DNA of 64,000 bases, the filler included, from Octopus bimaculoides (lineage: Eukaryota), in the NCBI RefSeq assembly GCF_001194135.2. It is 5 parts of 5 records of this genome, joined end to end, with 100 filler letters (N's around TTAATTAATTAA, not from the genome) between each part and the next. Parts side by side here need not be neighbours in the genome. Positions count along the whole stretch, not along the records: positions 17,583 to 43,401 come from NC_068995.1; 4 more parts are not named here. One strand, given 5' to 3'. Below, in pieces: positions 24,500-35,664 of this stretch. How positions within the stretch are numbered: position 1 is the stretch's first letter; each line of letters starts with the position of its first letter. A model generated the notes under the pieces. It had not been told where the DNA came from. It saw only the letters and a program-made list of their open reading frames with translations, and searched no databases. Both the position numbers and the translations under genes were made by a program.

Positions 24500-26085
24500 C
24501 AGGTTTGATTTCTTTATTACACAAGTATCACGTTAAGATTTTGCAATTAAACATGTGGCACCCAAAAAATATGGGCATTACTTTGCTGGAATTCTCACAC
24601 TTTGTTTATTTACATAAAATTTTTTTATTTATTTTCTTTTTCCCACTATGTTCAGCTCTATGTATTTATAAGTCACATATGCACAAGTGTTTTTGTATGT
24701 ATGTTTGTATACATTTAGGTATAGTGTGTGTGTCTGTGTGTGAGTGAAAGAAGGGGTGTGTTGTCATGTATTCGTACATACATAAATACATTGCATACAT
24801 CTTTTCTGTGTGTGTGTGTGTGTGAGGGAGAGTGTTGTCTAAGTGGCACTCTCTCTCTCTCTCTCTCTCACATGCACATACATACAAGAAAGATGTTTGC
24901 CTATTATTTATGTATGTATGTATATATGACAACACACTCTTCACACACTCTCACATACCTCCATTTCATCTGTAGTTTGATACTATATGTATATGTATCT
25001 GTGTGTGTGTGTGTGTGCACGCGGGCAATGTTCCACAATCATCAGAAAAAGCAGAGGAATTTTCTTTCTTGATGCTTCTGGTGACACACCTAAAACATTT
25101 GTAACATTACTTCCCTCCAAAGTAAGGCAACAAAAAAAAATTGCAGTTGCTGTACCATTGTCTGGCTTTGCTGTCAACATTCTCCCAGGAGGACGAACAG
25201 CTCATTCTGCTTTTAAATAATCACTAAACGTGGTCACAAGTGACAGTCTAATTTGTAACATAAGCAAAGATTCAGGTTCAGCAGAAGTGTTGTGCCAATG
25301 CCACCTTATCATTTGGGATGAATGCACCATGTCACATAGAGGTGCAATGGAAGCTCTTGGTAACATCATACAGGACATCAGAGGTAACAATAAATTTATG
25401 GGAGGAGTTACATTACTTTTATCAGGAGACTTCAGACAGACATTACTAATCATTCTGAGACGAACAAGATCAGATGAAATAAAAGCATGCATTAAGTCTT
25501 CGCGCCTATGGAATAAAATACTGAAATTCTCCTTCAATACTAATGTGTGAGCTTTATTATATGGGGATCAATGTGCAAAACAGTTTTCAACCTGGCTCCT
25601 CCTATTAGGAAATGGGAAAGTACCATTTGATGGGAATGGTGATATCAGCTTGGCTCATATTGCTATCATGATGAATTCCCCAGCTGAATTGGTGAACAGG
25701 GTGTTGCCAGACTTAGGTAATAATTATAATTCACATAAATGGTTGTGTGAAAGGGGAATTCTTAATCCAAAACAATGAGACAGTAGCAAGAATTAACCAT
25801 GAATTAATGAATCAGATTCCAACAGTCATTAAGAAGTACAAATCAGTTGATTCAGTCCTTGATGAAAATCAAGCTGTCCATTACCCAACAGAGTTCCTTA
25901 ATTCTCTTGAGCCCCCTTGAATTCCTCCACATAAACTTTTTCTGAAGGTAGGAGTCCCAATAATGCTTCTAAGAAATTTAGATCCTCCTAAATTATGCAA
26001 TGGGACAAGGTTGATTGTGAAGACATTACCACCTTATGTGACAGAAGCTACCATCATCACTGGATGTGCCTCTGGGGAAGAGGAT
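23316..26085 (+). mobile_element. Degenerate Helitron with PIF1-type helicase remnant (25040-26085)
   Basis: FFLDASGDTPKTF (Walker A remnant), [51 protein letters not shown], with many stops. A putative 5' TC terminus lies at ~23316; linking it to the helicase is inference, and no 3' CTAG end was found. Confidence 0.7.
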
Positions 26086-26951
26086 CTGACCATCTGCCAA
26101 GCAAATGGGAAGCAGTAGTTGAAGTAGATTGTGAATATGCTCCGTAATAAACATTTAAAGATGTTTTTGTTACATGTTGTTATTGTTTTTGCTGAATAGA
26201 ATTTGTTGAAAAAAAGCCAAAATAATTATGCACCAACCCAATATATTGGTCTTGTGAGACTAGCAGTAGTTATATTATTAGAATTAGGTGTATCAATCAA
26301 TGGATTGATACACCTAATTCTAATACATTGTGTTATTCATGGTAAAGTGGCTATTTATAGTGTTCAGTACAGTGTTATGGTTATGGTGTTATTAGTTATA
26401 TTTGATTTATCACAAATAAATCTTGTTATGTATTTGACAATATTTCACATAGTGGAGTAAGCCAGTTTAACTGTGTCTATCGAAAAGTTTATGATAGGGG
26501 CTGGATGCAGGGAAGTCTATCAAAAGCTTGGCAAAATTTACCAGCCACATTTGAAGCAACAATTAGACTGAAGCAGGGGTGGGTTGAACCACAAAATATG
26601 CTTATGTAATCTATTTATTTATGTACTTGTTTCTATTAGATGTATTATGATCTGGTAAAATTTGGCTATTATTTAGACACCCTGGTTTACTATGCAGATG
26701 GCTATTATTCTTAGTCATATAATCCTGCTTTCCCTCAATATTTTTAGTCGTAGCTACTGAGTTATTATTTTTGTAATAGTAGTTAATATTCTTGCACTTA
26801 TTAATTTTAATTGCCAAGTCAAAGTTAGTTTTGTTTCTTTTTAAGTCCATTGTTACTATTTTTATTATAATTTGACACATGAAAACTTATTCCTATTTAA
26901 AATTATATCATGCTTATCATGGATGTTATTTTCATCAACATCATTATTTTT

Positions 26952-27300
26952 TATCTTTTACTTGTTTCAGTCATTACACTGCAGCTATGCTGGAGCGCTG
27001 CTTTGAAGAATTTTCTTTATACAAATCAACATCAGTACTTACTTTTCTAAAGCCTGGTAGTTATGGAAATGTAAACACATCAACACCAGTTGTTAAGCGG
27101 GGGGGGGGGAGTCTAGCACAGACACAAAGACACACACACATGACAGGCTTCTTTCAGTTTCCATCTACCAAATCTACTCACAAGGCTTTGGTTGGCCTGA
27201 GGCTATAGTGGAAGACACTTGCCCAAGGTGTCACACAGTGGGACTGAACCCAGAATCATGTAGTTGGAAAGCAAACTTCTTGCCACACAACCATGCCTGT
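26952..27300 (-). mobile_element. SINE family A
   Basis: Head and tail both recognisable on the minus strand. Confidence 0.85.
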
Positions 27301-29151
27301 ACCTATTATAGTTAGGCAATATATAATTGAAATAATCATCATTATTATTGTGACTGTACTTAGAAGTATTTGATTTTTGAAATTTACCACCACATGAATT
27401 AACTTTAATCCTATTCTTACTATCCTTGATTGCTCTAACATTTATGCCACAGTTTTGTTTGTTTTTAGGTCCATGTTATTATCATTTCCTACATTATTAT
27501 TTTTTGTCATAAAGGCTAGAATTAGTATTAAACCAAGTAGAATGTTCAGTATATGGTCCCACATTTAGAAGGTAATTTCTTTTTCTTTATAATTGGCCCT
27601 AGTTAGAGCTTCGTTGTAGTAGCAGATGCTTTAGTTGAAGATATCTATATTAGCTGAGAGCAAGGAGAAGTGGGAGGAGACCCTATGTATAACAACAGTA
27701 GCATGATTTGAAAGACAACTGACATAAGTTAGATGCTCATTATGGAAAGTCTTGAAAAGATTTGGTTTAAGTTCTAGAGTAACATCTAGGAAGTTAACTA
27801 TTTTTACATTTTTGAAGTGTCTTATAAATATTTTTCTTCATTCTCTCAAGGCTAGCATCTTATAATAAATCTGTTTGTTTCTCCATTACTGTTACACCAT
27901 TACTTAGCCCGTCCATGATGCTTCCATATGATTAGTTGAAGGGGGGAGGAGATATGGGGTAGGGGAGGGAGAAGTGGTAGTGAATGAAATGTGTAATTTG
28001 AACTAAGTTTTTTTCCTCCATTACTTGGCCTGCCTGTAACACTTTCACATGATTAGTTGAAGAGAAAGGTGAAGAGCTAGAGAAAAGGAGGGAAAGAAAA
28101 AGATGAGAGAAAAAGAGGGTAAGGCAAAGAGTGAAAGAGAGAGAGAGAGAGCACTGTGTATTAAGTCTTTAAAATTGTGCATAAAGTCTATAAAGTGTAT
28201 AAATAAAGTGCATTAAGTAATCATTGTATTCCAATTTCCTTCACTTTTCAATGAATAGTAGATGAGTGACTATCTTTTGATCAGGTTTTCTGGATAAAGT
28301 TTTCAGAAATAACTCAATAAGTTTACCATTAATTCTGTGAAATATTCACGGGTCCTGCTAGTTACTATAATTTTGGATAATGAACAAAGTGTTATCCCTA
28401 CATAGACTGCCTTCCAGGTTCTGAAATTCATACTTAATACAGTATAATAACTGTATTCCCATGAGAGCTGTAACTCGAGCAGAGTCATTAGCTTCCATGG
28501 TTATATGAAAGTTATTTTGTCTATTTTATTAGTCCAGAGCTTATTGTTAAACTTGATAGTTCTTTGAGCTTCTTGTATAATGTCCACATTTTCTTTTGAT
28601 GAATTAGAGTTTTACATACCAAAGATAAGTGACTTATTTAAAACTATAAGGAATATAGATGAGAAATAGTTATCAATGTCAGACTGTAGAAATTTAGCAT
28701 CTTATTAATATTTAAAAAGCATCTAATTACTTGTCCAGCATTAGACCACAAGTTAAGTGAATTCTTCATTCTCAGTATAGGATAATTAATTCTACTCAAA
28801 TTTGCTTATAAACTCTACACACATCAAACAAGAAGGGTAGATTGACTTAATAAAAGATATACTTCTAAAATTGGATTTATGCTCTTTTAATTTAAATCTG
28901 AAGGATCTTAGCAGGAGATATTTTGTTCTGTCTTACAAGTTCAAAAATTAAACAATATTATTTCCTTGTTTGTTAATGTTCATTAAGTCAGTACAATTCT
29001 ATATAGACAAGTACAGAGAGAGAGAGAGTGAGTGAGAGAGAGAGAGAGAGAGAGACAGAGAGGAAAAAAAAAATATATATATGTAATGGAATAAGCTGAT
29101 ATGCTTCAAGAGGAAACAGCTGGGATTTACATTAACTACATACATTATACC

Positions 29152-29435
29152 ATCATCATCATTTAACGTCTGTTGTCCATGCTGGCAAGCTGAAGGGATT
29201 CTCTAGACTCCAATCTGATTTGGCATGGTTTCTGCAGCTGGATGCCCTTCCTAATGCCAACCACTCCAAGAGTGCAATGAGTGCTTTCACATGCCATGGG
29301 CAAGGGTGCCAGTTGTGTTACACTAATATCTGTCACAGTTGGCTTGATGAGTCTTCTATTCAAGCATGGCATATTGCAACAGGTCTCAGTCATTTGTCAT
29401 TGCCTCCATGAGGCTCAATGCTTAAAAGGTGCCAC
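29152..29435 (-). mobile_element. RTE-associated short repeat with (GAT)n tail
   Basis: Minus strand GTTGGCATTAGGAAGGGCATCCAGC...CCAGCATGGACAACAGACGTTAAATGATGATG, a terminus I recognise as typical of RTE-linked repeats. Confidence 0.55.
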
Positions 29436-29893
29436 AGGGTAGTTCCCAGCTGTTTCCTCTTGAAGCACATCAGCTTATTCCAATTTTAAAATCCAAGATG
29501 TAGTCTCTGCTGCTGTGGTGTGTTGGTGCAAAAAACTGAGAATTATGGAAATATTATTTGCAGAGTTATTGTCTAACAAAATAAGAAATTGGAAATGTTT
29601 TGGTATTGTTTTTTCACTATTATGTGTGCTAATTATATTTGCTAATAGGAATTCTGAATTAAAAATTCTTCAGACAGAGAAATTAAATAATTCAAATCTT
29701 ACATTTGGATGAAGCATTTATATTTAGTCAGTAATCAGAAACAGTATAGGTAGATTTGATGATGGAAAAAAATTATACATACACACACACACACACACAT
29801 ATATAAATACATATACAAAATCATACACATGTACCGATTTAGATAGATATGAATGTGTTTAAGCATGTATATTTTTACAAATATATGTATATA

Positions 29894-30472
29894 CTAGCAA
29901 ATGCCCTACCATCCATTGGATGGTTTGTAAAGGTGAAGAGGGTTAACTTGGACGGTGTTAAGTTGTGGAGATGTTTGGTGATTGTATGAGGTTGTTACTT
30001 TTGGTTAGGGCATTAAAGATTCCTGAGGCGTTAAAACTGTTGACTGTTTCTTCTAAATAAGGAAAATTGATTGATAATGAATTTTAACACAGTGAACCTC
30101 TTCAAATTTGTCATGAGGCCAATAAATGGAAGGAAAGCTGTTCAGCCCACAATATATAAAACTTCCAGTGGAATCGGACATCATAATTAGCCTTAAACTT
30201 TTTGCACTCAAACATTTTCACAATGGGATACGTAACATTTGTTTCAAATAAAAATAAAAATGGAAGTTTTAATCATCCGATGGACAGGCCACAAGGATTA
30301 CAAAAATAGTGATTCTCACTTCGAGACTGACAATTTTGAAAATCTTTTTAGATTACAGAACACACCGCTCTCTCGTGTATCCATGTTTAAAATTTAAGCG
30401 CGATCGGATGAACAATACTCGAGTTATAAGTGCACAAAAAACAGACAGACAGAACAGGATTTATATATTAGA
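29894..30472 (-). mobile_element. Complete non-autonomous Helitron, 579 bp
   Basis: Minus strand A|TCTAATATATAAA...(GTCT)n start; ends in hairpin ACCATCC-AAT-GGATGGT, 10 nt, then CTAG|T; inserted between A and T with no TSD. Confidence 0.8.
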
Positions 30473-30490
30473 TAAACATACTTTCATATA

Positions 30491-30648
30491 TATATAAAAT
30501 TTAAATAAGAGTTTTTACGCTAATATCCATTTAAATTAAAGTTTATTACCTTTGTCAACATGACCTTATACAGAAATGTTGACATAGGTAATAAACTTTA
30601 ATTTAAATGGATATAAGCGTCAAAACTCTTATTTAAATTTTTTATATA
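30491..30648. mobile_element. Fold-back MITE-like hairpin with ~71-bp arms and 14-nt loop
   Basis: 30491-30561 versus 30576-30648: three mismatches and one 2-nt indel; TA-rich ends. Confidence 0.75.
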
Positions 30649-30839
30649 TAACCAAGGAAATCGATCCATAAGGAGTCTACTATAGACCTTTGTGGACGAA
30701 TTTTTGTTATTTTGGTAATGATTACATGTTTTATCTCACCAATACATTGNNNNNNNNNNGAGATTAAATATTCATTTAATATTTAGAAGATGAACTGACA
30801 TTTAGTGCCAGAGATAAAATGAATAGCAGTGATTCATTG

Positions 30840-32061
30840 TGCCTCTTTGCATTCTGGGTTAAAATCCTGCTGAGATCAAATTTGATTTTCCTCTTTCCAT
30901 CATTGATCAAGTATCTCCCTTCTCCCCTTATTTGTCTGACCTTATACCTATGTTATGAATTACTATTGTTATCACCATTATTATTCATATTATTAAAGAC
31001 AGCAAGCTGGCAGAACTGTTAGCATATCAGACAAAATGCTTAGTGGCATTTCCTCCATCTTTATGTTCTGAGCCCAAATTCCACCAAAGTTGACTTTGTC
31101 TTTCACTCTTTTGGGGTCAATAAAATTAGTACTAAGGTTGATGTAATCAAGTACTTAGGTTGATGTAATTGCCTCAAAACTGCTGGCCCTGTTCCAAAAT
31201 TTGAAACCATTCTTCTTATTAGTAAAGGCAGCAAACTAGCAGAATCATTACTAGATCAGGCAAAACATTTTGAGGCATTCCGTTGGAATCTTTACATTCA
31301 GAGTTCAAATACCACTGAAGTTGATTTGCTTTCCATTGTTTCTGGATTGATAAAGTAAAGGACCACTTAAATATTTGGTTGTTGTAATTTGTTCTCTCCT
31401 CCCCAAGACAGCTGGCTTTGCGCTAAAATTAGAAGGTACAAAGATAATAATTATTATTTAAGTCGTGAGCTGGCAGAATTATTAGTGCTCTGGGCAAAAT
31501 GCTTAACTGCATTTCGTCTGTCTTCACATTCTGATTTCAAATTCTTCTGAGGTTGACTTTGCCTTTCATATTTTCGAAGTTGATAAAATCAGTACCATTT
31601 CACTACTGAGGTTTATGTAATCAACTTAACCCTCCTGTGAAATTGCTGGCCTTGTGCCAAAATTTGAAACTTTTATTATTATTAAGATGGCGAGCTGGCA
31701 GAATCACAGGCAAAATGCTCAGAGGTATTTCATCCATCTTTACATTTTGTGTTCAAATGCTGCCTTTAGGACATGATAAAATAATTATCATTTGAACACT
31801 AGGGTTGATATAATTGACTTATACCTCTCCAAAATTACTGACCTTGTGTCAAAATTTAAAACCAATATAAAGAAGGCAGTGAGCTGGCAGAATTGTTAGT
31901 ATGCTGGTCAAAATGCTGAGCAGCATTTCATCTGCCCTTACATTCTGAGTTCAAATTCTGTCAAGGCAGACTTTGCCTTTCATCTTTTCAGGGTCACTAA
32001 AATAAGTACCAGCTGAACAATGGGAGTCGAATTAATCAACATTGTGCCTATAACAAAAAGG

Positions 32062-32105
<44 letters not shown>

Positions 32106-32360
32106 CGTTGTTGTTGTTATTATTAATTTCATGAAGGATAGTGTTTTGGCTGAATTGTAGGAGTCAGATAACATGTCTACTTTGCAGCGTGTTATCATGG
32201 TTCCTTACTTACTGAGTTCAAATCCTACTGAGGTCAACTTGGCTTTTCATCCTTCTATGCTCAATAAAATAAAATGCCAACAAAGTACTGACATCAATAC
32301 AATTGAAGATATCCAACTCCTTCAAATTTATGACCCTGTGCTTATGTTAGAAACAAATAT
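30840..32360 (+). mobile_element. Head-to-tail cluster of 6-7 SINE family B copies
   Basis: Units start near 30840 (partial), 30997, 31224, 31461, 31687, 31873 and 32133. Most carry a GAGCTGGCAGAA-like head and TTCAAATT...CTTTGCCTTTCAT core, and end in A/ATT-rich tails. Confidence 0.85.
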
Positions 32361-32659
32361 TATGAAGCTGGAATCATAGAATCACATATATAGACACACA
32401 TACAAATATACATGTCTGCACGCATACATATTTATACACATATACACAATACACATGCACGTACAGAGAAAAAATGGTTACATAAATCTTTGACACGAGA
32501 GAAAAATTACAAATGTGTATACAACAAAAATATATTCAATAAATTAAACAATAAGAAAAAATTTTGTCATGAGTGAAAAGGAGATATAGATATGTATAAA
32601 CCATATGTTAGTAAAATAGAATAAAATAATAAAAATAAAAACAAAAAACATTAAATGTC

Positions 32660-33065
32660 TACCAGGCACAAGCATGGCTGTGTGGTAAGGAGCTTGCTTT
32701 CCAACCACATAGTTCCGGGTTCACTCTCACTGGGCAAGTGCTTTCTGCTATAACCTTGAGCCAATCAAAGCCATGTGACTGGATTTGGTAGAAGGAAATT
32801 GAAAGAAACCCATTGTATGTGTGTGTGTGTGTATATGTGTGTGTATGTGTGGATTGGGGTATGTGTGCCCTTGTTTATCCCCCACTATCACTTGACAATT
32901 GGTGCTGATGGGTTTATGTCTCCGTCACATAGAGGTTCAGCAAAACAGACCAATAGAAAAAGTACCAGGCTTAAAATAATGAGTACGGGGATTGATTCAT
33001 TTGACAAAAAATTCTCCAAGGCAGTGCCCCAGCATGGCCACAGTCTAATAACAGAAACAAGAAAA
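32660..33065 (+). mobile_element. SINE family A
   Basis: GGCACAAGCATGGCTGTGTGGTAAGGAGCTTGC head through to GAAACAAGAAAA tail. Confidence 0.85.
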
Positions 33066-33171
33066 AAAAATGAATAGATGCTCATACAAACACATACACA
33101 CTTATACATGAACATATCTGCATACATTTTATTGTATAAAATTACAGGATTTAAAGAAGTACACATACATA

Positions 33172-33230
<59 letters not shown>

Positions 33231-33709
33231 TATACATTCATACACATCTATATACACATGCACACACATATAAATACACATACAGCAATACCTATCTACC
33301 CCTCACTTAATAATAATTTCTGCAACTTATCTTTATTCCTTATTCTTACTTCCCATACCCACTATTCTTCCCTTCATCTTTTCTTTCGATCTATCATCTA
33401 TTCTCTATTTGCTCATACTGCCCTTTCTCCTTTAATCTTCATTCTTTCGTTCCCTTTTTCTTCTTCTATAGCTTCTCTTCTTCCCTTGCCCTATGATGTC
33501 TGTTTTCTTCAATGGCATTTTAAAATTATTGGGCTGGTGCATAATTATTGCAGCTTTTTTTCAACAAATTTTATTCAACAAAAACAATAACGTTCCCTTT
33601 ACAAGTCCGCTTTCCATATATGTATATGCTTATGCGTGTGTATATTATGTGTGTGTGCTTTTATGTATGTTTGTATGCATGTACATGTGTATATGCACAT
33701 ATATGTATG

Positions 33710-33768
<59 letters not shown>

Positions 33769-34649
33769 CACATATTGGAGTTTCTTACATTTGTTAAAAT
33801 GTCTAATTGATGAGCACTGTTGTTTGTATCCTCCATGATGAGATTGTGAGATTGATGCATTGCTCCACATTATTCATCCTGTTGGATTTATTTTGAATGC
33901 ATTCATCGAAACCAATGTTGATGATATAAAGATATAAATGATTTAATAACATCTTGAGTGTTTGTCTCCATTTTCAATTTTTCTTTATGTTCTCCAAAAT
34001 ACATTTCACTTCTCTCTGGAATTAACTCACACACTAGTGTAATCACTGGTTCCTAGGACACTTATGTGACATCTGGCTACCTTTAATTATTCCCCTGGAT
34101 CTTTTCTATAGATCAAACTTTCATACATATTATATATATATATATATATATACACATACATATTAAAAAAATATAANNNNNNNNNNNNNNNNNNNNNNNN
34201 NNNNNNNNNNNNNNNNNNNNNNNNNNNNNNNNNNNNNNNNNNNNNNNNNNNNNNNNNNNNNNNNNNNNNNNNNNNNNNNNNNNNNNNNNNNNNNNNNNNN
34301 NNNNNNNNNNNNNNNNNNNNNNNNNNNNNNNNNNNNNNNNNNNNNNNNNNNNNNNNNNNNNNNNNNNNNNNNNNNNNNNNNNNNNNNNNNNNNNNNNNNN
34401 NNNNNNNNNNNNNNNNNNNNNNNNNNNNNNNNNNNNNNNNNNNNNNNNNNNNNNNNNNNNNNNNNNNNNNNNNNNNTTATTGAGATGCAGTGCCAAGTTT
34501 TGTCAGTGAACAGGTCATGGCTTCAGAGCAATGGAAATATTTTGACACAAATGAAAATTAAATGTTCAAGTGAAACTAACGGTTTTTTTTTTTTTCTTGA
34601 ATGGCTTACAAATATCTTTCATGCTACAATTGTTTATATATATACAAAT

Positions 34650-35125
34650 ATATAAGCGCAAGACTATATTCATTAACAACAGAACCAAAAGTCACAAAAT
34701 GTGGTCGACCTAACTGTGGTACATGCCCTCACCTTTTGGAGGGTTCAGAGTTCCACTTTAAACAAGGTGAAATATTTAAGATTAAATCAAATTTCCCCTG
34801 TGCCTCGGAAAATCTAATCAATCCCATCACATGCTTAGGGTGTGGTAATAATTATATTGGCCAAACAGGTATATTACTCCGTTGAATAACCACTCTCCAC
34901 AAAGAACAAATCTGCCACTCACAATACAGACAGATACAGGTCAGTGAACACACAGAAAGGTGTGCTAGGAATCTTAATCCTAATTTCCTAATTGCACCAA
35001 ATCCAGAATTAATTAACTCCCTTACACATAATCTTTTTACTCAGGGACTAGTAGACCTGACACAGTAATCGGTGTGCATTCAAAGCAATGATTAGTAATT
35101 TTACGAAACCGGTATGCTTTAACAA
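34650..35125 (+). mobile_element. Penelope-like element 3' fragment (GIY-YIG endonuclease plus terminal region)
   Basis: KVTKCGRPNCGTCPHL...CASENLINPITCLGCGNNYIGQTG: CxxxxCxxC linker plus GIY-YIG remnant; hammerhead motif follows at 35082. Confidence 0.85.
35082..35120 (+). ncRNA. Minimal type I hammerhead ribozyme with A3-U8 core variant
   Basis: Stem I AAAGCA(35082-87)/TGCTTT(35115-20), 6 bp perfect; core ATGATTA; G10.1-C11.1 stem II GTA(attt)TAC; GAAAC; palindromic ACCGGT; GUA site ending at 35114. Confidence 0.75.
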
Positions 35126-35179
35126 TTCACAGTGCATTTTCGCTTATTTTTCTTCTTACTTTCCCCTTAGATTTCCACG

Positions 35180-35664
35180 TGTAGTTTCTATTTTCTTTTT
35201 GTAACATATTTCTATATATGTTGGAGGAGAGGTTGGCACTGGATGGGTGCCACACAATTCCTTACATAAACATGGAAGGAAAAATAGCAGAACAAGAATA
35301 TCTGAACAAATAACAATATTTATTCTCCGTCTGTACAAGCATTACATCTTGGGACAATCAGTAGCCAGGTCAACAGGGTGTGGAAGCAGCAGAGTTGGTT
35401 TAATCACAATTGTGAAGGCATTCTTCACATGTCAGCCAACGTCATGTGACTCCTTCAGATCTCCAGCTATACAGAGCTGGTCAAGATTGCATGCGTCTAA
35501 GTCGGCAGCAGGGACGAAGAGAAACACTACCAGTCAAGCCATGCGGCTGCTGATGTATATGCGTGCGCATAAGGGGCTTCCGGCAGGCTTTCCAGAAGAC
35601 TCTAATCCCTGCAGATGCATGGATGAAAATCCCAAAATGGCGACTGGAACCAGGCATCACTACA
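35180..35664 (-). mobile_element. Putative 3' LTR of the Gypsy element
   Basis: Minus strand: purine tract GAGGGGGAG-CCT then TGTAGTGATG start at 35664; AATAAA near 35320; a matching ACTACA end at 35180 (end position uncertain). Confidence 0.5.

Noticed and set aside
25040-26085. Host PIF1 helicase gene
   Set aside because: It is intronless with many stops and frameshifts, and the motifs are of Helitron RepHel type; treated as a TE remnant.
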